A stretch of 64,000 nt of DNA from assembly GCA_035511775.1 (NCBI GenBank), contig DATKEZ010000116.1:69-64068 (forward strand), given 5' to 3'. Positions 1 to 9,194 of the stretch are shown here, one piece after another (the stretch's first letter is position 1; every line of letters starts with the position of its first letter). Both the position numbers and the translations under genes were made by a program. Below the pieces are notes generated by a model. The model was not told the DNA's origin and did not search any database. It worked only from the letters and a program-made list of their open reading frames with translations. This DNA comes from Steroidobacteraceae bacterium (lineage in GTDB: Bacteria; Pseudomonadota; Gammaproteobacteria; Steroidobacterales; Steroidobacteraceae).

Positions 1-203
1 CCGGCGGCAAGAGCGTGCTCGTGGTGAATGGCTCCCACAAGGTCGAGCAGCGTGCCGTGACGCTTGGTCTGGAGACCCCTGGACGCTACGAGGTGCTGGC
101 CGGTCTGAAGGAGGGTGATCTCGTCATGATCGGCAACCCGGCGCAAGTCGGCCCCGGACAGACGGTCGAGCCGCGCCTCACGGCGCCGCTCGCGCGCGAG
201 TGA
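1..203 (+). CDS. RND efflux periplasmic adaptor (membrane fusion protein), 3' fragment; 5' end lies outside the window
   Basis: Frame is open to the window edge and stops at TGA 201-203. The tail ...RAVTLGLETPGRYEVLAGLKEGDLVMIGNP resembles the C-terminus of HlyD/AcrA-type adaptors. It lies in front of an RND pump and an outer-membrane factor gene. Confidence 0.6.
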   Translation, partial: GGKSVLVVNGSHKVEQRAVTLGLETPGRYEVLAGLKEGDLVMIGNPAQVGPGQTVEPRLTAPLARE

Positions 204-209
204 GCCCCC

Positions 210-911
210 ATGAACGCGCGCGCGCCACTCACCGACGAGCAGCTGCAGGCGCTGCGGCGCCTCGACGCCTGCGTGGTGGCGAACGCGATCGAGACCTTCC
301 GGCTGCGCCTGCGCAACGAAGGCTTCGTCGACCACACCGTGCGCAGCCAGTTCCCCGAGCTCGCGCCCATGGTGGGCTACGCCGCCACGGTGAGGATCCG
401 CGGCTCGGCGCCGCCGGCGGCCGGGAAGCAGTATCCGGAGCGCACCGACTGGCTGGAGTACATCACCCAGGTGCCGCCGCCGCGCGTGGTCGTGGTGCAG
501 GACACCGCCTCGCAACCGGGGCTGTGCTCGCTGGTGGGCGAGGTGCACATGACCGTGCTGCGCGCGCTGCACTGTGTCGGGGTCGTGACCAACGGCTCGG
601 TGCGCGACATTCCTGCCGCCCGCAGCGCCGGCTTTCACTATTTCGCCGGCAGCGTCGCGGTGTCGCACGGCTACGTGCATATCCTCGACTTCGGCCGGCC
701 GGTCGAGATCGGTGGCCTCACCATCGCCTCGGGTGATCTGCTGCACGGCGACCTGCACGGGGTGCAGTCGGTGCCGTTGGGCGTAGCCGCCCAGATCCCC
801 GCGGCCGCCGCCGCCATCAGCGCCCGCGAGCAGGCCCTGATCGCTCTGTGCCGCTCCCCGGATTTCACCCTCGCGAAGCTGCGCGCGTTGCTGGCCCGCC
901 AGCAGCCGTAG
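210..911 (+). CDS. RraA-like / class II aldolase-type protein (RraA, HMG/CHA aldolase family)
   Basis: 233 aa. The core ...VVVVQDTASQPGLCSLVGEVHMTVLRALHCVGVVTNGSVRDIPAARSAGFHYFAG matches the RraA-family G..G.....A...G..G.V.DG.vRD pattern. 6-nt gap to the upstream gene and 10-nt gap to the downstream gene. Confidence 0.7.
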   Translation: MNARAPLTDEQLQALRRLDACVVANAIETFRLRLRNEGFVDHTVRSQFPELAPMVGYAATVRIRGSAPPAAGKQYPERTDWLEYITQVPPPRVVVVQDTASQPGLCSLVGEVHMTVLRALHCVGVVTNGSVRDIPAARSAGFHYFAGSVAVSHGYVHILDFGRPVEIGGLTIASGDLLHGDLHGVQSVPLGVAAQIPAAAAAISAREQALIALCRSPDFTLAKLRALLARQQP

Positions 912-921
912 GGTACCGCGC

Positions 922-3900
922 ATGTCCCGTTTCGCCCTGCGTTATCCGTACTTCGTGATCGTCGCCTGCCTCATCACCTGCGTGGTGGGCGTGACCAGCC
1001 TGGTGCGCATGCCGGTGGATCTGTTTCCGCCGATCCGCATTCCGGTGGTGGTGGTCGCCACTTTCTTCTCCGGCATGCCGCCCGAGCAGATCGAGACGGA
1101 TATCACCGGGCGCTTCGAGCGCTTCTTCACTCTCGCGAGCGGTGTGGACCACATCGAATCGCGCTCGCTGCCGGGCGTGAGCCTGATCAAGATCTACTTT
1201 CAGCCCGGCTTCGACGCCGACGCTGCGGTCACCAGCATCGCCAACCTCGCGCTCGCGGACCTGCGTAAGCTCCCTCCGGGTACGCTGCCACCGGTGGTGC
1301 TGAAGTTCGACGCCTCCAGCCTGCCGGTGTGCCTGGTGACACTCAAGGGCGCCGGGCTCAACGAGGCGCGGCTGCGCGATATCGGCCAGTACGACGTGCG
1401 TAACCAGATCGCGAGCGTGCCTGGCGCGTCGGTCCCGCAGCCCTTCGGCGGCCGCTATCGCCAGATCATGGTGTATGTAGATCCGCTGAAGCTGCAGGCG
1501 CACCAGCTCTCCGTCATGGACGTGGTGCGCACGGTGAACGAAGCGAACCTCATCCTGCCGGCGGGGGACGTGAAGATCGGGCCGTACGACTACAACCTCT
1601 ATGCCAACAGCCAGATCGACGCCATCGCCGACCTCAACACCCTGCCGATCAAGACCGTTGGCGCCGCCTCGGTGCTGGTAGCGGATGTCGGCAAGGCGCA
1701 GGACGCCGCCCAGATCCAGTACAACATCGTACGCGTCGACGGCCAGCCGTCGGTGTATCTGCCGGTGCTGCGCCAAGGGGGTGATGCCAACACCATCGCC
1801 GTGGTCGACGGCATCCGGCGCGGTGTCCAGAACCTGCTCGACGTGCCCAGGCAGCTCATCGCTTCGGTGGTATTCGATCAGTCGCAGTTCGTGCGCAGCG
1901 CGATCGAGAACCTCATTCACGAGGGCGCGATCGGACTGGTGCTCACCGCGATCATGATCCTGGTGTTCCTGGGCAGCATGCGCGCCACCGCCGCCGTGTT
2001 CCTGTCGATCCCGCTGTCGGCACTCGCCGCCTTCGTCGCGCTGGCGCTCGGCAACGGCACGGTGAACGTCATGATCCTGGGGGGGCTGGCGCTGGCGTTC
2101 TCGCGCCTCATCGACAACTCGGTGGTGGTGCTGGAGAACATCTTCCGCCACCTCGAGATGGGAGAGTCCCCAGCGGTGGCGGCCGAGCGTGGCGGCAACG
2201 AAGTGCAGCTGGCGGTGCTGGCGGCGACGCTCACCACCGCGATCGTGTTCTTCCCGGTGATATTCCTCTATGGCGTCAGCCGCTTCCTGTTCACGGCACT
2301 GGCGCTGGCGGTCGTGCTGTCGCTGTTCGCGTCCTATTTCGTCGCCATGACCGTGGTGCCGCTGTACTGCGCGCGCCTCATCAAGGGGCACGAACCGCAG
2401 GCGCCGGCGCCGGGCGCGGACGCCGCCGCGGCGCCCGGCGCTGCGGCCTCGGGCACCGCGGGCAGGCTCACCGCCGCCGCCAGGGGCTTCAATGAGCGCT
2501 TCAACCACGGTTTCACCGGGTTGCTCGATCGCTACGAGGCCTCGCTGGCGCGAGCGTTGCTGCGTCCGGTGGCGACCGTGCTCGGGATCAGCGGGATCTT
2601 CGTGCTCTCGCTGGGACTGTATCCGTTGGTGGGCAAGTCCTATTTCCCGCGTACCGACCCCGGGCAGTTCGTCATCAATCTCAAGGCCCCGACCGGCACA
2701 CGCCTCGAGCTGACCGACGCTCTGGTCGCGCAGGTCGAGCACGTCGTGCGCGAGGTGGTGCCGGCGCGCGAGCTGCGCATCCTGGTATCCAACATCGGCA
2801 CCACGCCCGGGTTCTCGTCCATCTATACGCCCAACTCCGGTCCGCACACCGCCTTCGTGCAGGTGGGTCTTACGGATGGCCGCTCGCGCAGCAGCTTCGA
2901 GTACATGGATCTGGTGCGGCGGCGGCTGCGTGCACAGCTGCCGCTGCTGAGCACCTACTTCCAGACCGGGGGGCTGGTCGATGCGGTGCTGAACCTCGGT
3001 ATGCCCGCGCCGCTCGATGTCCAGGTGAGCGGCAGCGACCTGCAGGCCACCCACGCGGTTGCGGCGCGCATCGCGCGCGAGGTGCACGCGCTGCCGGGGG
3101 TGAGCGATGTGCTGTTGCCGCAGGACATCGACTATCCGTCGCTGCAGCTCGACATCGACCGGGTGCACGCCAGCGAGCTGGGACTCAACGAGAAGGAGAT
3201 CGTCGGCAACGTCATCACGGCGCTCACCTCCAACGCCATGATTGCGCCCTCCTACTGGGTCGACCCCAAGAGCGGCAACGACTACATGCTCACGGTGCAG
3301 TACCCCGAAGACTACATCCACAACGTTGCCGACCTGCGTGCCGTGCCGCTGCGCGGCACGAACTCCGGGCTGCCCACGCAGCTGGACACCGTCAGCAGCA
3401 TTCGTCACATCCAGTCGCCCACCGAGGTGGACCACTACCAGCTGCGCCGCGAGATGGATGTGTACGTCTCACCTTCGGGCGAAGACCTGAGCGGCGTGCT
3501 GCACGGCGTGGAGCGGATCATCCGGGACCTGAAGCTGCCTGAAGGAGTGCGTGTCACCGTGCGCGGCTCGGCGCAGGCGATGCGCACCTCCTTCAGCGCC
3601 TTTGGCTTCGGTTTGATCCTGGCGACGCTGCTGGTATACCTGCTGCTGGTCGCGCAGTTCCAGTCGTTCCTCGATCCGCTCCTTATCCTGCTGGCTGTGC
3701 CGACCGGTCTGACCGGAGTACTGCTCACCCTGTTCCTCACCGGAACCACGCTCAACGTGATGTCGCTCATGGGAGTGGTGATGATGGTCGGCATCGTCGT
3801 CTCGAACAGCATTCTCATTGTTGATTTCACCAACCGCCTGCGCCGCGAGGGCCGTGCGCTTCGCCAGGCGGTGTCACTCGCCTGCCGTGTGCGCCTGCGT

Positions 3901-4101
3901 CCGGTGCTCATGACTTCGTTCGCGACCCTCATCGGGCTTATCCCCCTCGCCCTGAAGCTCGGCACCGGTGCCGAGGCTTACGCCCCGCTCGCCCGCGCGA
4001 TCATCGGCGGGCTGGCGGTGTCGGTGGTGCTGACGGTGTTCATCGTCCCGGCAGCCTATTTCATCATGCACCGGCGCGACGCGCAGGAGGCCGCAGCGTG
4101 A
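922..4101 (+). CDS. RND efflux transporter permease (AcrB/AcrD/AcrF superfamily)
   Basis: 1059 aa with a 12-TM, two-large-periplasmic-loop architecture. N-terminus MSRFALRYPYFVIVACLITCVVGVTSLVRMPVDLFP is typical of RND pumps. Confidence 0.9.
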   Translation: MSRFALRYPYFVIVACLITCVVGVTSLVRMPVDLFPPIRIPVVVVATFFSGMPPEQIETDITGRFERFFTLASGVDHIESRSLPGVSLIKIYFQPGFDADAAVTSIANLALADLRKLPPGTLPPVVLKFDASSLPVCLVTLKGAGLNEARLRDIGQYDVRNQIASVPGASVPQPFGGRYRQIMVYVDPLKLQAHQLSVMDVVRTVNEANLILPAGDVKIGPYDYNLYANSQIDAIADLNTLPIKTVGAASVLVADVGKAQDAAQIQYNIVRVDGQPSVYLPVLRQGGDANTIAVVDGIRRGVQNLLDVPRQLIASVVFDQSQFVRSAIENLIHEGAIGLVLTAIMILVFLGSMRATAAVFLSIPLSALAAFVALALGNGTVNVMILGGLALAFSRLIDNSVVVLENIFRHLEMGESPAVAAERGGNEVQLAVLAATLTTAIVFFPVIFLYGVSRFLFTALALAVVLSLFASYFVAMTVVPLYCARLIKGHEPQAPAPGADAAAAPGAAASGTAGRLTAAARGFNERFNHGFTGLLDRYEASLARALLRPVATVLGISGIFVLSLGLYPLVGKSYFPRTDPGQFVINLKAPTGTRLELTDALVAQVEHVVREVVPARELRILVSNIGTTPGFSSIYTPNSGPHTAFVQVGLTDGRSRSSFEYMDLVRRRLRAQLPLLSTYFQTGGLVDAVLNLGMPAPLDVQVSGSDLQATHAVAARIAREVHALPGVSDVLLPQDIDYPSLQLDIDRVHASELGLNEKEIVGNVITALTSNAMIAPSYWVDPKSGNDYMLTVQYPEDYIHNVADLRAVPLRGTNSGLPTQLDTVSSIRHIQSPTEVDHYQLRREMDVYVSPSGEDLSGVLHGVERIIRDLKLPEGVRVTVRGSAQAMRTSFSAFGFGLILATLLVYLLLVAQFQSFLDPLLILLAVPTGLTGVLLTLFLTGTTLNVMSLMGVVMMVGIVVSNSILIVDFTNRLRREGRALRQAVSLACRVRLRPVLMTSFATLIGLIPLALKLGTGAEAYAPLARAIIGGLAVSVVLTVFIVPAAYFIMHRRDAQEAAA

Positions 4102-5465
4102 GGAGCGCGCTGCTGGCGGCCGTGTGTGCGCTTGGGGTGGGCCCGGGACCGCTGCCGGCGCAGGTGCCGGCAGCTGCGTTGGCGGCAGCCGCCGAGGGGC
4201 CGGCGCCGGCGCCGTCCCTGACGCTGGCGCAGGCGCACGCCATCGCGCTGCGCAACCATCCGGACATTGCCGCCGCCAACTACCGCGCGCAGGCGGAGCA
4301 CGAAGTGTTCGTGCAGTCACGCGCGGGCCTGCTGCCGCAGGTGAATCTTTATGGCTCGGAGGTGCATGCGGACTCGGCAAACACCCGCCTCATGGCGGGC
4401 GGGCTCAACAATCCCACCGTGTTCAGCCGCAGCGCGGTGGGCGCGGGCGTCAGCCAGCTCATTACCGACTTCGGACGTACCACCAACCTGGCCGCGAGCT
4501 CGAGGCTGCAGGCGAGCGCCGCGGATCAGAGCGCGCTCGCGACGCGTGAACAGGTGCTGCTCGAGGTCGATCGCAGCTACTTCGGTGCCTTGCAGGCGCA
4601 GGGCGTGCGGGCGGTGGCGCGCCAGACCCTCGACACCCGCCAGCTGCTCCTCGACCGCGTAAGCATTCTGGCGGCCAACAAGCTGAAGTCGGATCTGGAT
4701 GTGAGCTTTGCGCAGGTCGGCCTCGAGGACGCACGCCTGTTGCTCGAGCGGGCGCAGAATGAGGTCGATTCGACCCTGGCAGCGCTGTCAACGGTGCTCG
4801 GTTACCGCGAGCAGCGGCCGTTCACGCTCGCCGATGAGGCCTCGGTACCGGTGCCGGCGGCGGCGGACGTGGCGCCGCTCATCGAGCAGGCGCTGCACGA
4901 CCGGCCGGAGCTCGCGAGCCTGCGCGATCAGCGCGACGCGGCGCTATACCTGGCGCGTTCGCTGCGCGACGCGCGTCTGCCGACGATTTCCGCGGTGCTC
5001 GCCGCTGGCGATGCTCCTTCGCACGACGTGCGGCTACCGGACAGCTACAGCGCCGGGGGTATCCAGGTGAGCGTGCCGCTGTTCGCCGGCGGCTTCTACC
5101 AGGCCCGCCAGCGCGAGGCGGAGCTGCGCGCCCGGGCGGCCGCCGAGTCGCTGCGCACCGTGGAGGACAACGTCAGCCGTGACGTGCGCATCGCATGGTT
5201 GAGCCTCAACAACGCGCGCGAGCGCCTGCGCACCACCGGGCAGCTGCGCCGCTATGCCGGCACCGCCTACGAACTGGCCGACGCGCGCTACCGGGCCGGC
5301 AGCAGCTCCATAGTGGAGTTGAGCCAGGCGCAACTGCAGCTGACGGCGGCGCAGATCGATGAAACCACGGCGCGTTACGAGGTGTTGATCCGCGAGGCCG
5401 ACCTGAACTATCAGATCGGCACGCCCGCGGCCGCGGACGCGCAGCTGCCGGAAGCGCCGCGCTGA
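4098..5465 (+). CDS. Outer-membrane efflux factor (TolC/OprM family)
   Basis: 455 aa with a signal peptide and two OEP-type repeats (..LTLAQAHAIALRNHPDIAAA.., ..VSRDVRIAWLSLNNARERL..). GTG start 4098 overlaps the pump TGA (GTGA). Confidence 0.85.
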   Translation: MRSALLAAVCALGVGPGPLPAQVPAAALAAAAEGPAPAPSLTLAQAHAIALRNHPDIAAANYRAQAEHEVFVQSRAGLLPQVNLYGSEVHADSANTRLMAGGLNNPTVFSRSAVGAGVSQLITDFGRTTNLAASSRLQASAADQSALATREQVLLEVDRSYFGALQAQGVRAVARQTLDTRQLLLDRVSILAANKLKSDLDVSFAQVGLEDARLLLERAQNEVDSTLAALSTVLGYREQRPFTLADEASVPVPAAADVAPLIEQALHDRPELASLRDQRDAALYLARSLRDARLPTISAVLAAGDAPSHDVRLPDSYSAGGIQVSVPLFAGGFYQARQREAELRARAAAESLRTVEDNVSRDVRIAWLSLNNARERLRTTGQLRRYAGTAYELADARYRAGSSSIVELSQAQLQLTAAQIDETTARYEVLIREADLNYQIGTPAAADAQLPEAPR

Positions 5466-5519
5466 GCGCCTCCGGCTGCCGCCGCCCCGATCAGACTGCC
5501 TCAGCGTCGCTGAGAGCCG

Positions 5520-6971
5520 TCAGAACACGAGGGCGAAGCGCGTCAGCAGCACGTTCTCATCCGGGCGGTCTCCCGAGGTGGCGCCGCCGTCAAAGCGCGT
5601 GCGCTCGTAGTCGAACATCCATTTGACATTCTGGTTGAGGTACCAGTTGACGCCGATGCCGAGCGCGCGTGCCGCCCGGGCGGACACCGTGGGATCGGCA
5701 AAGGAGGCCGCGCCGCCTGCAAACGCGGCCTCATCGACGTGCAGCTCATGGCAGCGCGCCACCAGCTCCCAGGCGCCCCAGCCGTAGTCACCGGGCTCGA
5801 AGGTGCTCAAGGGGGCGAAGCCGTTATAGGTCGCGCGTTCGCCGGTGAGGAACCACGTGACCGCGAGCTGCCAGGCGTCGCTGCCGAGCCGGGCCGAGCG
5901 GCTTGCGCTTGGATCCAGCTGGCGCGTGACTTGCTGCGAAGAGCGCGCGTACTCACCGAGTACTCCAAGGCTGCCGGCGTAGTAGTAGAACTGCGGTGTC
6001 ACGCGGTAGCGCCGTCCGTCTGCGTAGGTCGCGCCGTTGTCGGTACGGAAAGTGAAAAAGGTCTGCTGGCCCGGCGTGCGATACACCGACAACAACGTCG
6101 CGGCCGGCGTCCCGGCCTCGTTACCCCACGTGCCGCCCATGCCAAATCCCAATCCCCGCAGGCCCGCAATCGCGGAACCGGTGAAGGGCCGTGCAAATAC
6201 TCGCCAGTCGTAGTCCTTGCGCCCATCGTTGCTGTCGGCATCGGGTGAGGGGTTGGCGTCGCTGCTGTTGCCATCGGCAACGCCGTCGAATACCCCGAAG
6301 GCAAAGCTGAGCGCGCCGCCGAACACCTCGCCGCTCGCCTGCAGGCCGAGATCGCGGTAAGGAAGGAGCGCCGAGGGCAGCCCCACCTCAAGGAAGCGGT
6401 TGAACTGTTCGAACTGCAGACGCTCCAGGCCCACCGGGGCCTTGAACTTGCCGGCCTGGAGCACGAACCACGGCTCGAAGTGTCCGCTGACCCACGCGTC
6501 CATGAGCAACGCCTTGCCGTTGGCGAAATCGGGCATCAGGCGAAAGTCGTAGATGCGCGCGAAAGTGCCCTGGATGTCCGGGCGTGCGCGGCGCAACAGC
6601 CAGGTGTCCGCGGATTCGGGCGTCACCCTGTCGCTGTACCAGCGGCCATCTACCGAGACATTGCCTCGCAGCCGCAGCTGGGTCGCGCCATCGTCACTGG
6701 TGAAGGTGAAACCTGCAGCGCCGACGCTGGGCACTGCCGGCGCCGCCGCGGCCGCCGGGAGAGGAGGGGGCGCCAGCGAAGCGCCGCCGCCGGCAGCGGG
6801 CACGGACGCAGCGAGGCGTAAGAGCGCGCGCTCGAGCGCCTCGATACGCTTGTCCTGCTCCTCGATCCGTTTCCGGAGCGCGGCGCCGTCGGGCGCAGCC
6901 TCACTCTGGGCAAACGTCGCGGCCGGCAACAGCAGCAGAGCGGCCGCCGCCAGACGGGCGGTGCGGGTCAT
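5520..6971 (-). CDS. Phosphate-selective porin O/P family outer-membrane protein
   Basis: 483 aa. Signal peptide MTRTARLAAAALLLLPAATFAQ, an N-terminal coiled coil (LRKRIEEQDKRIEALERALLRL), then a beta-barrel ending ...LLTRFALVF, as in OprO/OprP-type porins. Confidence 0.75.
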   Translation of the reverse strand: MTRTARLAAAALLLLPAATFAQSEAAPDGAALRKRIEEQDKRIEALERALLRLAASVPAAGGGASLAPPPLPAAAAAPAVPSVGAAGFTFTSDDGATQLRLRGNVSVDGRWYSDRVTPESADTWLLRRARPDIQGTFARIYDFRLMPDFANGKALLMDAWVSGHFEPWFVLQAGKFKAPVGLERLQFEQFNRFLEVGLPSALLPYRDLGLQASGEVFGGALSFAFGVFDGVADGNSSDANPSPDADSNDGRKDYDWRVFARPFTGSAIAGLRGLGFGMGGTWGNEAGTPAATLLSVYRTPGQQTFFTFRTDNGATYADGRRYRVTPQFYYYAGSLGVLGEYARSSQQVTRQLDPSASRSARLGSDAWQLAVTWFLTGERATYNGFAPLSTFEPGDYGWGAWELVARCHELHVDEAAFAGGAASFADPTVSARAARALGIGVNWYLNQNVKWMFDYERTRFDGGATSGDRPDENVLLTRFALVF

Positions 6972-7036
6972 GGCTCTCGCTTCCCCGTGACTGCGGGTGG
7001 TGGTGAACGCGCACGCCCACGGCGCGCGGAACGGAT

Positions 7037-7060
7037 GTTAGGAAGCGCCCGGTTAGGAAG
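7037..7060. repeat. Direct repeat GTTAGGAAG x2 (15-bp period) upstream of the porin gene
   Basis: Exact 9-mers at 7037-7045 and 7052-7060, inside the 166-bp spacer between the porin start and the dapD stop. Confidence 0.5.
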
Positions 7061-7068
7061 TCAGTCGG

Positions 7069-7090
7069 AGGGCGGTAACAGGGCGGTTAT
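7069..7090. promoter_or_regulatory. Tandem 11-bp direct repeat AGGGCGGT(A/T)A(C/T) x2; possible response-regulator site for the porin promoter
   Basis: Copies at 7069-7079 and 7080-7090 match at 9 of 11 positions and lie about 100-120 bp upstream of the porin ATG. An 11-bp period is typical of OmpR/PhoB-type sites. The regulatory function is only inferred. Confidence 0.25.
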
Positions 7091-7137
7091 AAGCGCTGCA
7101 GCCGGTGCGCGGCCGGGCGGTCTCCCCACCGCGCTGC

Positions 7138-7971
7138 CTAATCAGCGCTGCGCAGCAGATCGTTGATGGAGGTTTTCGCGCGCGTCTGTGCGTCGACGCG
7201 CTTGACGATGACCGCGCAGTAGAGACTGTAGCGCCCGTCCGCCGACGGCAGCGTCCCGGACACCACCACCGAGCCCGCCGGCACGCGCCCCTGCAGGATG
7301 GTGCCGGTGGTGCGGTCGTAGATGCGGGTGCTCTGCCCGATGAAGACCCCCATGGAAATCACCGCGCCCGCTTCGACCACGACGCCTTCGACGACCTCGG
7401 AGCGTGCGCCGATGAAGCAATCGTCCTCGATGATGGTGGGGCTGGCCTGCAGCGGCTCGAGAACCCCGCCGATACCGACCCCGCCTGAGAGGTGCACGTT
7501 GCGACCGATCTGCGCGCACGAACCCACCGTCGCCCAGGTGTCGACCATGGTCCCGGAGCCGACCCAGGCGCCAATGTTGACGTAGCTCGGCATCAACACG
7601 ACGTTCGGTGCGATGTAGGCGCCGCGGCGCACCAGCGCGTGCGGCACGATGCGGGCGCCGCCGGCGCGCAGCTGCTCTTCGGTGGCGTTGGCGTACTTCA
7701 GCGGCACCTTGTCGTAGAAGCGAGTAAACCCGCCATCCATCGCAGTGCTGTCGCGGGCGCGGAAGGACAGCAGCACCGCCTTCTTCAGCCATTCGTTGAC
7801 CACCCAGCCGCCGGCGCGCGGCTCGGCAACCCGCGCCCGCCCGCTGTCGAGCAGCCCAATGCACTCCTCCAGGGCGGTCTCGAGCTCGCGCGGCACATTC
7901 TTTGGGCTGAGCTCGGCGCGTCGCTCGTACGCGGCATCGATGCTGGACTTGAGGCTGGCGAGATCGCTCAC
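7138..7971 (-). CDS. dapD: 2,3,4,5-tetrahydropyridine-2,6-dicarboxylate N-succinyltransferase
   Basis: Hexapeptide-repeat protein with the DapD N-terminus (V)[23 protein letters not shown] at 7969-7971 overlaps the dapC TGA (GTGA). The track ORF extends to 8046, but that would overlap dapC. Confidence 0.92.
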   Translation of the reverse strand: MSDLASLKSSIDAAYERRAELSPKNVPRELETALEECIGLLDSGRARVAEPRAGGWVVNEWLKKAVLLSFRARDSTAMDGGFTRFYDKVPLKYANATEEQLRAGGARIVPHALVRRGAYIAPNVVLMPSYVNIGAWVGSGTMVDTWATVGSCAQIGRNVHLSGGVGIGGVLEPLQASPTIIEDDCFIGARSEVVEGVVVEAGAVISMGVFIGQSTRIYDRTTGTILQGRVPAGSVVVSGTLPSADGRYSLYCAVIVKRVDAQTRAKTSINDLLRSAD

Positions 7972-9194
7972 GCGGGAGTTCTCGCGTCCGCCGCCAGCCA
8001 GTGCGCCTGCAGAAACTCGCGCAGGCGCTGCGCCGCTTCCACGCACTGCGCTAGCTGCGGCACCAGCGAGATGCGCACGCGCCCGGCGCCCGGATTGCCC
8101 GCCGCGCCCGTGCGGCCGAGGTAGCTGCCGGGCAGCACGGTGAGGTTGGCGCGCGCGAACAGCTCGCGTGTGAAGCGCTCGTCATCGCCCCCCACGTGCG
8201 GCCACAGATAGAACGCGCCCGCGGGCCGCGCAACGTTCAGCAGCGGGGTAAGCAGCGGCAGCACGCGCGCGAACTTCTCCTGGTAGATGCGGCGGTTGGC
8301 GGCGGCATGGGCGTCGTCCTGCCACGCGACGACGCTGGCGAGCTGCGTCGGCACCGGCATGGCGCTGCCGTGATAGGTCCGGTACAGCAGCAGGCGCGCC
8401 ATGATGGCAGGGTCCCCGGCCACGAACCCGGAGCGCAGGCCCGGGACACTCGAGCGCTTGGAGAGACTATGGAACACCACGCAGCGCTCGAACCGTGCGC
8501 GGCCGGCCGCCTGGGCTGCCTGCAGCAATCCCGGGGGCGGGTCGCGCTCATCCAGGTAAATGTCGGCGTAGCACTCATCGGAGGCGATGAGGAAGTCGTA
8601 GCGATCGGCGAGGCTGAGCGCCTGCTGCAGCAGCGACAGCGGCAGGACGGCGCCGGTGGGATTTCCGGGAGTGCACAGGAACAGCACCTGGCAACGCCGC
8701 CACACCGCCGCGGGCACCGCGGCCAGGTCGGGGAGGTAATCGTTCGCGTCCGTGGTATCCAGCAGCAAGGGGTGCGCGCCGGCCAGCAGAGCCGCGCCCT
8801 CGTAGATCTGGTAGAAGGGATTGGGCATGGCGATGAGCGGTGCCCGGGCGCCATCCACCGCCGCCTGCACGAACGCGAACAGCCCCTCGCGGGTGCCGTT
8901 CACCGGCAGCACCATGGTGTCGGCATTCACGCTGCCGGCGGTGAGTCGGTAGCGCCGCGTGAGCCAGCCCGCGCAGGCGGCGCGCAGCTCACGCAGGCCC
9001 GCGGTCGCAGGATAACTTCCCAGCCGATCCAGATGTCGGCGCAGCTCCTCCAGCAGGAACGCCGGCGGGGTGTGCTGCGGCTCGCCGATCGACATGGCGA
9101 TGGCCGCAAGCTGCGCGGGTGGAGTAATGCCGGCCTTGAGCCGTGCCAGGCGCTCGAAGGGATAGGCGTGCAGGGCCTCGAGGCGCGGGTTCAT
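7968..9194 (-). CDS. dapC: Succinyldiaminopimelate aminotransferase (class I/II aminotransferase)
   Basis: 408 aa starting [20 protein letters not shown]..., with the PLP-lysine motif [14 protein letters not shown]. Classical position between glnD and dapD. Confidence 0.85.
   Translation of the reverse strand: MNPRLEALHAYPFERLARLKAGITPPAQLAAIAMSIGEPQHTPPAFLLEELRRHLDRLGSYPATAGLRELRAACAGWLTRRYRLTAGSVNADTMVLPVNGTREGLFAFVQAAVDGARAPLIAMPNPFYQIYEGAALLAGAHPLLLDTTDANDYLPDLAAVPAAVWRRCQVLFLCTPGNPTGAVLPLSLLQQALSLADRYDFLIASDECYADIYLDERDPPPGLLQAAQAAGRARFERCVVFHSLSKRSSVPGLRSGFVAGDPAIMARLLLYRTYHGSAMPVPTQLASVVAWQDDAHAAANRRIYQEKFARVLPLLTPLLNVARPAGAFYLWPHVGGDDERFTRELFARANLTVLPGSYLGRTGAAGNPGAGRVRISLVPQLAQCVEAAQRLREFLQAHWLAADARTPA

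Noticed and set aside
865-3435. Very long antisense or off-frame ORFs throughout the window. Examples: 865-3435(-) 856 aa, 9644-11902(+) 752 aa, 12885-14432(-), 14815-16149(-), 27071-28807(-), 28847-31207(-) 786 aa, 36160-37917(-), 48293-50038(-), 50181-52364(-) 727 aa and 56183-57679(-).
   Set aside because: Each lies opposite to, or out of frame with, a confidently identified conserved gene (RND pump, glnD, rpsB/tsf, pyrH/frr, dnaE, eno, recJ, prfB/lysS, sdhA/B). Their translations are Arg/Ala/Gly/His/Pro-rich low-complexity sequence with no motifs. These are the usual shadow ORFs of about 70% GC DNA, where stop codons are rare.
5500-5514. Short GC hairpins without U-tracts between convergent genes: CTCAGC-GTC-GCTGAG at 5500-5514 and GACCGG...CCGGTC at 52768-52787.
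   Set aside because: Both have 6-bp stems and no T-run on either strand, which is not enough to call intrinsic terminators.
7037-7090. A Pho box upstream of the OprO/P-type porin.
   Set aside because: The repeats present do not match the CTGTCAT-N4-CTGTCAT consensus. They are reported only as unassigned direct repeats.
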